Positions 47,699 to 56,501 of a DNA stretch of 64,000 nt are shown here, piece after piece. Source of the DNA: an uncultured Spirochaetota bacterium (lineage in GTDB: Bacteria > Spirochaetota > UBA4802 > UBA5550); contig CALMRZ010000065.1 of the NCBI GenBank assembly GCA_937872225.1, positions 7,007 to 71,006 of the forward strand, given 5' to 3'. The notes under the pieces were generated by a model that was given only the letters and a program-made list of their open reading frames with translations, made no database searches and was not told where the DNA came from. Each line of letters begins with the position of its first letter. The stretch's first letter is position 1. The position numbers and the translations under genes are program-made.

Positions 47699-48172
47699 AT
47701 GGATAAATCGACGGTATATGATGAGTTCAAAGGCTATAATTGCTATCCTCTTGGAACGGGCGAGGAGATGATTCGGGCAAGGATGGTTGAGTTGTTTGAT
47801 AAAATCATCAAAAAGAATGAAACCTGTCTTGTCAAGGCGCGGGATAAGGGAATGGAAAAGTTGATGTCAAGGATACTGGCGGTTAAGGCGCGGATGGAAC
47901 GCATGCGGAAAGAAATGACCCATGTCGAACCGAACGTTGAATACAAGTTTGAACCCCTGTCTCCCTCTGACGAGGAAATGCTGAAGGAAATTGACGGTAA
48001 AATGGAAGAGATAATCCAGCAAACAATCGACGCAATCGAACCTTTGACCTGCATGGAAACCGACATGCATATAAGCGACCGGTTTGCCATGATGGATTCT
48101 TCCCTGCGGGAAATCGAGAATCTCTGCCACAGACGCATGGCAATATTTAAAAAGCTGCGCGTGTATGGATAA
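47699..48172 (+). CDS. Hypothetical protein (157 aa)
   Basis: A GGAGG RBS precedes. No motif recognised. Confidence 0.5.
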   Translation: MDKSTVYDEFKGYNCYPLGTGEEMIRARMVELFDKIIKKNETCLVKARDKGMEKLMSRILAVKARMERMRKEMTHVEPNVEYKFEPLSPSDEEMLKEIDGKMEEIIQQTIDAIEPLTCMETDMHISDRFAMMDSSLREIENLCHRRMAIFKKLRVYG

Positions 48173-48239
48173 AAATCCCGTAGCGGATTGAATGTAGAAG
48201 GAATTCAAAAAGAAATACTTTATACGGAGGTATTAGCAC

Positions 48240-48587
48240 ATGCCACGAGGAGATAGAACGGGGCCCGAAGGAATGGGACCAATGACGGGCCGGGGCGCCG
48301 GGTTGTGCCGGGGAAACGATACTCCCGGATATTTGAGCGCCGGTGGGGGCCGTTTCGGCGGATCCGGCAGGATGGGAGGCGGATTCGGCGGAAGACGCAG
48401 GGGATGCCGTAATATGTTTTATGCTACCGGGCTCCCCGGCTGGATGCGTTTCAATGGTGATACAGCCGGTTCCCGGGAAAACGAAATACAGCATCTCAAA
48501 TCACAGGCTGATTATTTAAACAGATCTCTCGATGCCGTTAACAAACGGTTGATGGATATTGAGAAAACAAGTAGCGCTTCAGAATAA
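48240..48587 (+). CDS. DUF5320-family protein
   Basis: MPRGDRTGPEGMGPMTGRGAGLCRG...C-terminal coiled coil, the hallmark start of DUF5320. Confidence 0.65.
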   Translation: MPRGDRTGPEGMGPMTGRGAGLCRGNDTPGYLSAGGGRFGGSGRMGGGFGGRRRGCRNMFYATGLPGWMRFNGDTAGSRENEIQHLKSQADYLNRSLDAVNKRLMDIEKTSSASE

Positions 48588-48674
48588 GCCTTCTTACCAT
48601 AGCGCCAGGCGCTCCCTGATGTCGGATTATTGATATCGGGGAGCGCTGAATTTATTACAATTTAAGGAAAGTAC

Positions 48675-49520
48675 ATGATAACAAAAATTACCGTCTTATG
48701 TGAAAACAGCGTTATTGTACCTGCCCCACCCCTCATCGGCGAGCATGGGTTCTCTTGCCTTATCGAATCTGAAGACGCCACCCTCTTTGATACCGGCCAG
48801 GGATTCGGGATCGAGAACAACATGGGCAAAATGGGGAAACAGTTCGATGCAATAAAACGTATCGTCCTCAGCCATGGCCACTTTGACCATACCGGCGGGT
48901 TGCTCACCGTGCTACAAAATCGGAAGGAGAAGACGCCCGTTTACCTTCATCCTGATGCCTTTAATGACAAGAAGGCAGTCATTCCCCTGCCGCAGAACAC
49001 CATTGAAATGCCCATCGGCATGAGGGCCTCTAAAGAAGAATACGAAAAGGCCGGTGCCGATTTTAAGTTCATCAATGGGTTCGTAAAAATCACGGATTCC
49101 ATATCGGCCCTGTCTGATGTCAAGCGTCCGTCTGACTGGAAAACATGGGATACCCGTCTCAAACAGAAGATCAACGGTGGAATAAAAGACGATCCTTTCA
49201 CCGATGACCTTTCATTGCTTATCAATACCGAATCTGGTCCAGTGGTGTTACTGGGCTGTGCTCACGCCGGCATCGTCGAGATACTGAATGACCTGTCGGA
49301 AAAAACCGGGAACACGGAATTCCACGCTGTCATTGGCGGAACACACCTTGAAAGCGCGCCCGAGGAGTACGTGGCCCTTGCCATGGACACGTTGAGAAAA
49401 TTCAAGGTGAAAAAAATAGCCGTATCCCACTGCACCGGACTTAAAATGGCCGGCAGGTTCGCCGCAGAATTTAAAAACGAGTTCGCCAACGCTTCAGTCG
49501 GCAGCGTTTTCGAGTTTTAA
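48675..49520 (+). CDS. MBL-fold metallo-hydrolase
   Basis: HxHxDH motif LSHGHFDHTGG and a downstream His/Asp pattern. Confidence 0.7.
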   Translation: MITKITVLCENSVIVPAPPLIGEHGFSCLIESEDATLFDTGQGFGIENNMGKMGKQFDAIKRIVLSHGHFDHTGGLLTVLQNRKEKTPVYLHPDAFNDKKAVIPLPQNTIEMPIGMRASKEEYEKAGADFKFINGFVKITDSISALSDVKRPSDWKTWDTRLKQKINGGIKDDPFTDDLSLLINTESGPVVLLGCAHAGIVEILNDLSEKTGNTEFHAVIGGTHLESAPEEYVALAMDTLRKFKVKKIAVSHCTGLKMAGRFAAEFKNEFANASVGSVFEF

Positions 49521-49534
49521 TGGGAGTCGATCAT

Positions 49535-50392
49535 ATGAATATAGCCATCGCAAGCGGGAAAGGAGGCACGGGGAAAACGACCATTGCCATGTCCCTGGCG
49601 TCCTGCTACGCAAGGAATGGCATGAATGTCGCCCTTCTCGACTGCGATGTAGAGGAGCCGAATGTCAATCTTTTCCTGAAAGCTGAAATCGAGAAGACGG
49701 AAACGTTCAGTGTGCTTGTCCCGCATGTTGACGGATCCCGCTGCAACGGCTGCGGAGAGTGCGAGCGTATATGCGCCTTCAGCGCCATCGTTCTCGTTAA
49801 GGGAAAGCCGCTGGTTTTTAGCGATATGTGTCATTCCTGCGGCGGGTGCTTTCACGTTTGTCCCGAACGTGCGATAGAGGAAACAGATAAAGCGACTGGT
49901 GTTATTGAATCCGGTTCAAGGGACGGAATATGCTTTGCCGGCGGCAGGCTCAATATCGGCGAGGCAATGTCCCCGCCGCTCATCAGGGAAGTGAAACGCC
50001 GTCATCCCGAATCGGAAGTACGGATATTCGACTCCCCTCCCGGAACATCCTGCCCGGCGGTTGAGGCCATGAAAGACAGCGATTTTGTCGTCCTGGTGAC
50101 GGAGCCGACCCCCTTCGGTTTGAACGATTTCATTCCCGCCGCGGGCGCGGTGAGGGCGCTGGGCATCCCCTTCGGTGTTGTTGTGAACCAGGCATTTGGT
50201 GACGGTTCGATCATGCGTGAATATAAATCAAGAGGATATAACGTAATAGCGTCCATCCCACACTCCCGCGGAATCGCAGAAGCATATTCGCGCGGAGATT
50301 GTATTTCATACATTCTCGAACACTTCCGGGAAGAAATAGAAAAAATTGCAAGCCATGCGGAATATTACAATAAAAGGACCGCGCGGGTATGA
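49535..50392 (+). CDS. MinD/ParA-superfamily P-loop ATPase with inserted 2x[4Fe-4S] ferredoxin domain (CooC-like)
   Basis: Deviant Walker A IASGKGGTGKTT. CNGCGECERICAF and CHSCGGCFHVCP. Start taken at MNIAIAS. Confidence 0.75.
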   Translation: MNIAIASGKGGTGKTTIAMSLASCYARNGMNVALLDCDVEEPNVNLFLKAEIEKTETFSVLVPHVDGSRCNGCGECERICAFSAIVLVKGKPLVFSDMCHSCGGCFHVCPERAIEETDKATGVIESGSRDGICFAGGRLNIGEAMSPPLIREVKRRHPESEVRIFDSPPGTSCPAVEAMKDSDFVVLVTEPTPFGLNDFIPAAGAVRALGIPFGVVVNQAFGDGSIMREYKSRGYNVIASIPHSRGIAEAYSRGDCISYILEHFREEIEKIASHAEYYNKRTARV

Positions 50393-51264
50393 TACAGGAA
50401 CTGGTCATCATCAGCGGCAAGGGAGGCACCGGAAAAACGAGCATGGCCGCATCACTCGCGTTCCTTGCAAAAAACAAGGTCATCGCCGACTGCGATGTGG
50501 ACGCCGCAGACATGCACCTGGTGTTGCAGCCGGAAGTTAAGCAGTCAACGGTATTTGAAGTCGGACTGAAGGCTTCAATCGGCAGGGATATTTGCAAATC
50601 GTGCGGCGAATGCCTCCGGTACTGCCGCTTTGACGCCATCAGCGATGATTTTGTCGTCGACCCGATATCCTGCGAAGGCTGCGGCGTGTGCGCCCATTTC
50701 TGCCCCCATGAAGCCATTGAAATGAAGCGTCACATGTCCGGTAAATGGTTCGTGTCCGATACGCGCCACGGCCCACTCGTTCACGCGCAACTGGGCATCG
50801 CCGAAGGGAATTCAGGCAAGCTTGTCACTCTTATAAAAAAGAAAGCCAGGGAAATCGCCACCGAGAAAGGACACGAACTCGTCATTGTTGATGGCTCCCC
50901 GGGAACAGGGTGCCCGGTCATCGCCACGGTGTCGGGCGCGTCGCTGGTCCTCATCGTGACCGAGCCGACGGTTTCGGGCATGCACGATTTACGGAGGGTA
51001 TTGGAGTTGGCCCGTCATTTCAACGTCAGGACAGCAGTCTGCGTCAACAAGGCCGACATCAATCCCGATAACGTCGCTGCAATTGAGGCATTCTGTTCGA
51101 ACAACGGAATCCCCATAGCCGGAGCCATTCCCTATGACACGGACGTGACCCGGGCGCAGATCGCCGGTAAAAGCGTCGTAGAGCATTCAAATGGACAGGC
51201 AGCTCGGGCAATAAAAACAACATGGAATACTATCTCTGAAATTCTATCAGGGACCAGTCAATAA
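50389..51264 (+). CDS. Second MinD/ParA-superfamily ATPase with ferredoxin insert (paralogue of the previous gene)
   Basis: IISGKGGTGKTS, CKSCGECLRYCRF and CEGCGVCAHFCP. Overlaps the previous gene by 4 nt. Confidence 0.75.
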   Translation: MIQELVIISGKGGTGKTSMAASLAFLAKNKVIADCDVDAADMHLVLQPEVKQSTVFEVGLKASIGRDICKSCGECLRYCRFDAISDDFVVDPISCEGCGVCAHFCPHEAIEMKRHMSGKWFVSDTRHGPLVHAQLGIAEGNSGKLVTLIKKKAREIATEKGHELVIVDGSPGTGCPVIATVSGASLVLIVTEPTVSGMHDLRRVLELARHFNVRTAVCVNKADINPDNVAAIEAFCSNNGIPIAGAIPYDTDVTRAQIAGKSVVEHSNGQAARAIKTTWNTISEILSGTSQ

Positions 51265-51283
51265 AAAAGGAGAATACATTATC

Positions 51284-52150
51284 ATGTGCAACAGCAAAGA
51301 AACAGACGTATCAGCAACAGCAGCGCCCAACCGCAACAAAGACGCCGAGGACAAGGCCTCTATCAACGAGAACATGGCCCGGATAGCCCATAAAATAATC
51401 GTACTCTCCGGCAAGGGAGGGGTGGGGAAAAGCACGGTCGCGGTCAACCTTGCCGTCTCCCTCGCGGAAAAAAAGTTCAAAACCGGCCTTCTCGACATAG
51501 ACATTCACGGCCCCAGCGTGCCGAAGCTCCTTGGAATTGACGGCGGACAGGTAATGGGGGCCAGAAACGGCAAAATGACGCCGGTTGAATACAATGAATG
51601 CTTGAAGGTTATATCAATAGGTTTTCTGCTACAAGATAATGACACCGCGGTCATATGGCGCGGCCCCATGAAATACACGGTGATCAAGCAGTTCCTGGCC
51701 GACGTCGATTGGGGCAATCTTGACTATCTTATCGTCGATTCCCCTCCCGGCACCGGTGATGAGCCGCTGTCGATATGCCAGCTTATCGAAAACGCGGACG
51801 GCGCGGTCGTGGTCACTACCCCCCAGGACGTGGCCCTCATCGACGTGCGCAAGTCAGTCAATTTCTGCAAACAGCTTCACATGCCGGTCATTGGCGTCAT
51901 AGAGAACATGAGCGGCTTTACCTGTCCCCATTGCGGAAAGGAAACGGACATTTTCAAAAACGGCGGCGGGAAGAAAATGGCGGAAGACATGGGCGTGCCG
52001 TACCTCGGGGAAATACCTATCGAGAGCCATATCGTGGCCAGCGGCGACAGCGGCAATCCTTTTCATGTCAATAATAATGCGGGCGAAACGCCTGCCCATA
52101 AAAGCTTTTCGGGTATCATTAATACCATACTGCACGGAGCAAAAAAATGA
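51284..52150 (+). CDS. Mrp/NBP35/ApbC-family Fe-S cluster carrier ATPase
   Basis: VLSGKGGVGKSTVAVNLA, DSPPGTGDE, and the CxxC FTCPHCG. Confidence 0.85.
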   Translation: MCNSKETDVSATAAPNRNKDAEDKASINENMARIAHKIIVLSGKGGVGKSTVAVNLAVSLAEKKFKTGLLDIDIHGPSVPKLLGIDGGQVMGARNGKMTPVEYNECLKVISIGFLLQDNDTAVIWRGPMKYTVIKQFLADVDWGNLDYLIVDSPPGTGDEPLSICQLIENADGAVVVTTPQDVALIDVRKSVNFCKQLHMPVIGVIENMSGFTCPHCGKETDIFKNGGGKKMAEDMGVPYLGEIPIESHIVASGDSGNPFHVNNNAGETPAHKSFSGIINTILHGAKK

Positions 52151-52485
52151 AGATTGCATTACCCGTATCAGACAAGAAGTTGTGCTTGCATTTCGGTCAT
52201 TGCGAACAATTCGAGGTGTTCGACGTGGACGAAAAAACAAAACACATAACCGGGCGGGCGACCTTCAGCGCGCCGCCCCACGAGCCGGGGCTTCTGCCAC
52301 GCTGGCTCGCCGACAAAGGGGTTAAGTGCGTCATCGCCGGCGGCATGGGATCCCGCGCCGTTGCCATATTCAAGGAAAACGGCGTCAACGTCATCACCGG
52401 CGCCCAGCCTGGAGAGCCGGCGGCCATTGTGAGGGACTACCTGGAAGGCCGCCTGGTTACGGGATCTAACGTCTGCGACCACTAG
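52147..52485 (+). CDS. NifX/NafY-like FeMo-cofactor-binding-domain protein
   Basis: MKIALPVSDKKLCLHFGHCEQFEVFDVD. Confidence 0.7.
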   Translation: MKIALPVSDKKLCLHFGHCEQFEVFDVDEKTKHITGRATFSAPPHEPGLLPRWLADKGVKCVIAGGMGSRAVAIFKENGVNVITGAQPGEPAAIVRDYLEGRLVTGSNVCDH

Positions 52486-52493
52486 GCGGCGAT

Positions 52494-52775
52494 ATGGATG
52501 AGACCATTCTCGTTCTGCAGCTCGGCGACGGATTCTGCATCGAATGCGCGGCAAAGCACGCGTACAACAAAATGGTGCTGGACATCATGACGTCAGATGA
52601 CACGCCCGGTCCCGGCATCGAGTCTATGCTTGACCTGTTGGTGGACTTCCTCGAAGGCGCTGATTTCGCACAGCTTCGCGGCTCCCATGAGGCCCTTGCC
52701 GGAGTTAAAGAATCGCGATGCAGCCTGCACAGAGACGAGCATGGACATCCATGCGTATCAGTGATTAGTCCATGA
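52494..52775 (+). CDS. Hypothetical protein (93 aa)
   Basis: ORF in the operon. No motif recognised. Confidence 0.4.
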   Translation: MDETILVLQLGDGFCIECAAKHAYNKMVLDIMTSDDTPGPGIESMLDLLVDFLEGADFAQLRGSHEALAGVKESRCSLHRDEHGHPCVSVISP

Positions 52776-52803
52776 CCTGACTTGACATTACGAAGGAGCC
52801 ACT

Positions 52804-53040
52804 ATGCCAACATATGATTATCTTTGTTATTCATGCGGAAACAGATTTGAAAGCTTCCAGAACATGAGCGACCGGCCCCATGAAACATGCCCTTCCTGCG
52901 GGGGTCCGGTAAAAAGGTTGATTTCCGGCGGGTCCGGATTTATCATAAAAAGCGGCGGTAAAACGAAAACCGCCTGCGGGAGCGATGTCCCCTGCTGCGG
53001 CAGGGGCGAGCCCTGCGGAAAATCAAATGGTTGCGGATAA
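52804..53040 (+). CDS. FmdB-family zinc-ribbon protein
   Basis: [16 protein letters not shown]...CPSCGG matches the FmdB pattern (MPIYEYxCxxCGHxFE). Confidence 0.7.
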   Translation: MPTYDYLCYSCGNRFESFQNMSDRPHETCPSCGGPVKRLISGGSGFIIKSGGKTKTACGSDVPCCGRGEPCGKSNGCG

Positions 53041-53174
53041 TATCATTAAAGGAGGTGCCTATGCCTGAAGAATTCAAGCCTGGTTGCGCTAGGCCCACGG
53101 GAGGTCCCGTGGGGGAAGAACCGGTCAAAGCAGGGCCGGAAGAGACAAATATGAAAAAGGAGGAACGAAAAGCC

Positions 53175-53786
53175 ATGGTCCAAGTTGGTAAAAAAGCGCC
53201 GGATTTTACAGCGCCGGCTTATCTCCAGGGAAAATTCGTAAACGTCAAACTCTCTGAATATCTCGGAAAGTGGACGCTCCTCTGCTTCTATCCAGGGGAT
53301 TTTACCTTTGTTTGAGCAACGGAAATTTCGGCGGTCGCCGAAAAATATCCCGAGTTCCAGAAGCTCGGCGTGCAAATTCTTTCTATGAGCATCGACAGCG
53401 TATTCGTGCATAAAATGTGGAATGATAATGAACTTTCAAAAATGGTAAAGGGTGGCGTCCCCTTCCCCATGCTGTCCGACGCGGGAGGCAGGGTCGGCAC
53501 TGCGTATGGCATCTATGACGCGGACGCCGGAGTGGAGACCAGGGGCAGGTTCATCATCGACCCGGACGGCGTGGTGCAGGGGTTCGAGGTGCTCACGCCC
53601 CCAGTTGGGCGCAACGTGGCTGAATCCCTCAGGCAGGTTCAAGCCTTTCAACTAGTCCGTAACAGCAAAGGCACCGAAGCCACACCGTCGGGATGGAAAC
53701 CGGGAAAAATGACCCTGAAGCCGGGCCCGGACCTGGTGGGCAAAGTCTGGGAGGTTTGGAAAACGAGCATGGCTTTCGACGATTGA
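53175..53786 (+). CDS. Peroxiredoxin (AhpC/Prx) with in-frame UGA at 53313-53315 replacing the peroxidatic Cys: probable selenocysteine peroxiredoxin (PrxU-like). The ORF track splits it into 53031-53315 and 53370-53786.
   Basis: ...[16 protein letters not shown][TGA][35 protein letters not shown]... is colinear with the Prx active-site FYPLDFTFVCPTEI. The reading frame is continuous across the TGA. A hairpin follows (see SECIS feature). Start taken at ATG 53175 (RBS AAGGAGG); the earlier in-frame ATG at 53031 is possible. Confidence 0.7.
53318..53348 (+). other. Bacterial SECIS-like hairpin about 10 nt downstream of the UGA: UUUCGGC-GGUC-GCCGAAA
   Basis: A perfect 6-7-bp stem with a 4-nt apical loop GGUC containing G and U, at the distance from UGA expected for SelB-binding elements. 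Confidence 0.5.
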
Positions 53787-53883
53787 TTTTTTATGTGTCA
53801 GGAGCCCTTTTCGATAAGGTTTTCCTGACACATATTTGTATTTCTTTCCTTTAAAAACTATTTAACATATAAAGTGGTATATT

Positions 53884-55041
53884 ATGGTTTGTATACATCC
53901 TATTCGTGGTAGAATCTTAATGCTTTTTATATCAGCTTTGCTGATAAATGTTATACCAGGATCCATCCTTCTTGCAAAGGATCGAAAAACGTACATAGAC
54001 TCCCGTGAATTCGCCCGTGCTAAAGTTGAAAAAATTGAACGGACCCGCGGCGAGGGCGCCGGCGCGTCCTTCGTCGAGGTGCGCGTGCACCTGCGGATCC
54101 TGGACGGCGAGAAAAAGGGACAGACCCATGTTTCCGTTTATCGCGGCGAGGACGACATGCCCCGGGACATGTTCTACCATGAGGGAGACACCGTCTATAT
54201 CGGAATATCAAAAATGCCCGAAGCTGACGAAGTGGAGCACATCTCCATATACGATGTCGATAATACTGTCGGCATCATACTACTCGCCGTAATTCTCGTG
54301 GTATCGATACTCCTCGTCGGCAGATTGCGGGGCGCCCTGTCCATGCTTTCCCTGATCGCGACAATCATCCTGATATTCTATGTCCTGATACCCATGACCC
54401 TGAAAGGGCATTCCCCCCTTCCCCTTGCGGTGGGCACTTCCCTTTTCGCGATCGTAGTAACCATTCCCATCATACTCGGTTTCAAGACAAAGACCCTGGC
54501 GGCCATACTGGGGGCCACCTCCGGGGTGCTTCTGGCTACGCTGCTCGCCCTCTTCTCGGGATGGGTCATGCACCTGTCGGGCATCGTTACCGGGGAGATG
54601 ATGACGGTTTTTTACGCTTCAACAATCGATGTCAATCTGCGCGGCCTTGCCCTTGCCGGCATCGTTATCGCGGCCCTGGGCGCCATCATGGACGTGTGCA
54701 TCTCCATCGCGTCGGCAACGGAAGAGATTTTCCGTGTACACCCGGAGATCTCGGTCAAGGAGGCGTTTAAATCAGTCATGACCGTCAGCTCCGACATGCT
54801 GGGTGCAACGGTAAACACCCTCATGTTCGCTTACGTCGGGAGCGCACTGCCCCTGGTCCTTCTCATCGCCATGCGTTTTGACCCGCAGACTCCGCTCATG
54901 ATGGTTTTCAATTACAATCCGGTGCTCTCGGAGCTGGTGAAATCAGCGGTCGGCTGTATCGGCATGTTCCTGAGCATGCCCCTGACGGCATTTATCTGTA
55001 TCGAGCTTCATAAAGGGCACAAGAGAATAGAAAATTCCTGA
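53884..55041 (+). CDS. YibE/F-family membrane protein
   Basis: N-terminal extracytoplasmic region followed by about 8 TM helices rich in Gly/Ala/Leu, consistent with the YibE/F architecture. Start uncertain. Confidence 0.55.
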   Translation: MVCIHPIRGRILMLFISALLINVIPGSILLAKDRKTYIDSREFARAKVEKIERTRGEGAGASFVEVRVHLRILDGEKKGQTHVSVYRGEDDMPRDMFYHEGDTVYIGISKMPEADEVEHISIYDVDNTVGIILLAVILVVSILLVGRLRGALSMLSLIATIILIFYVLIPMTLKGHSPLPLAVGTSLFAIVVTIPIILGFKTKTLAAILGATSGVLLATLLALFSGWVMHLSGIVTGEMMTVFYASTIDVNLRGLALAGIVIAALGAIMDVCISIASATEEIFRVHPEISVKEAFKSVMTVSSDMLGATVNTLMFAYVGSALPLVLLIAMRFDPQTPLMMVFNYNPVLSELVKSAVGCIGMFLSMPLTAFICIELHKGHKRIENS

Positions 55042-55405
55042 CATCCCCACCATTACCTGATCTCAAGCCGGCTCTCTCCAGTGCCAATAACTCGCTGGAC
55101 ATGAATTAATCTTATCAAATCGCCTTTCATAATATGAATCCTCGAGCAGTGCGACTAAGCAAGGACTATACCATGGCCTCGCTTAATTTTATATACTAAA
55201 ACACTAAAATAATTCAATTAATACTTGATTTCAGAGGCTATTTCTATTATTAATGCAAAAAAATTCAAAAAAGCATGCAGAAAATAAGATTTGATTAATC
55301 TTCAAAGCCGCGCCTGCAGTCCGGCCGCATGCCTTTGATTATTACACCTTGCAATTCGTTATATACCGATTGCCATTAATTAAACATCGATCACACAGGT
55401 AAAAT

Positions 55406-56500
55406 ATGAAAGTTCAAGAAAAATATTTCGACCAGGCGACACAGGCCACCATCAAAGAAAAAATCAAGCCCCTTCTTGACAGCGTAACCAACGAGAAAGA
55501 GAAGCGACTGATTTCGGAATTCTGGGAAAAGGCCTCGGCTTATTTCGGCCAGCTCTTCGGTATCGACAGGGCCATAGACCAGGGGCTCATCGGCGAAGAT
55601 CCCGCCAGCGATATTGTAATAGAAGAAACCGATGCCATCCTCGAAGAAGGCAAGAAATTGGAGGAATCGATCGACAATCCCGAACTGATAAAAAAGATAA
55701 AGAAGCTCTTCCGCGAGTGCGGGATACCGGTCGGTATAAAATCCGAAATCGTAAAACACGCCTTCACCAAGCCGAGCGGATACGCGGGCGATTACGGGAT
55801 CATCGAAATGGTTTACAACGAAAAAATCATCTCCAGGGGATTCGGATACTGCGCCGACAAACGTTTCCTCAGGGACGACTATGCCCGGGCCGTTCGAAGC
55901 AGAAAGTCAAAAATGAGGGAGATACTGACCGACTACCTGCATTCCATTACATCCCCGGGCGTGGAGGTCCTCAATATCGCCTGTGGCTCATCCCGGGAAC
56001 TGCAGGAAATGTTCGACATAGCCACTTTTGATTCATCCAAAAAAATAAAGATCACCCTCGTTGACCATGACCAGGAAGCGCTGGATTTCTCCCGGAACGT
56101 ACTGAAAAACGTCCCTTCCAACGTGGAAATCTCGTTCCTGAAGCACAGCGTGTACGATTACGTAAAAAACCCCGACCCGTATAGAACAATACTAGCCGGA
56201 AAGGATATCGTGTATACTATCGGGCTGGCGGACTATATACCGGACCAACCCCTTAAAAGCCTCATCGCCTTTTTCTACAGCCTGCTGAATCACGGCGGCA
56301 AGCTGATCATAGCCCACAAGGACTCGAAGAATTACAGCCCCCTGGCGCCGGACTGGTGGTGCGACTGGACATTCCACCTCCGCAACGAGGCCGAGGTGAT
56401 CGACATCGTGAAGTCCAGCGGCATTGATAATTTCAAGCTGTCAATAGTGCGTGAAACAACTACGAACATTATTTTCTTCATCATGATAGAAAAAGAATAG
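55406..56500 (+). CDS. Class I SAM-dependent methyltransferase
   Basis: Motif I VLNIACGSSRE, acidic motif II LVDHD, and motif III-like HGGKLII. Confidence 0.6.
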   Translation: MKVQEKYFDQATQATIKEKIKPLLDSVTNEKEKRLISEFWEKASAYFGQLFGIDRAIDQGLIGEDPASDIVIEETDAILEEGKKLEESIDNPELIKKIKKLFRECGIPVGIKSEIVKHAFTKPSGYAGDYGIIEMVYNEKIISRGFGYCADKRFLRDDYARAVRSRKSKMREILTDYLHSITSPGVEVLNIACGSSRELQEMFDIATFDSSKKIKITLVDHDQEALDFSRNVLKNVPSNVEISFLKHSVYDYVKNPDPYRTILAGKDIVYTIGLADYIPDQPLKSLIAFFYSLLNHGGKLIIAHKDSKNYSPLAPDWWCDWTFHLRNEAEVIDIVKSSGIDNFKLSIVRETTTNIIFFIMIEKE

Positions 56501-56501
56501 A

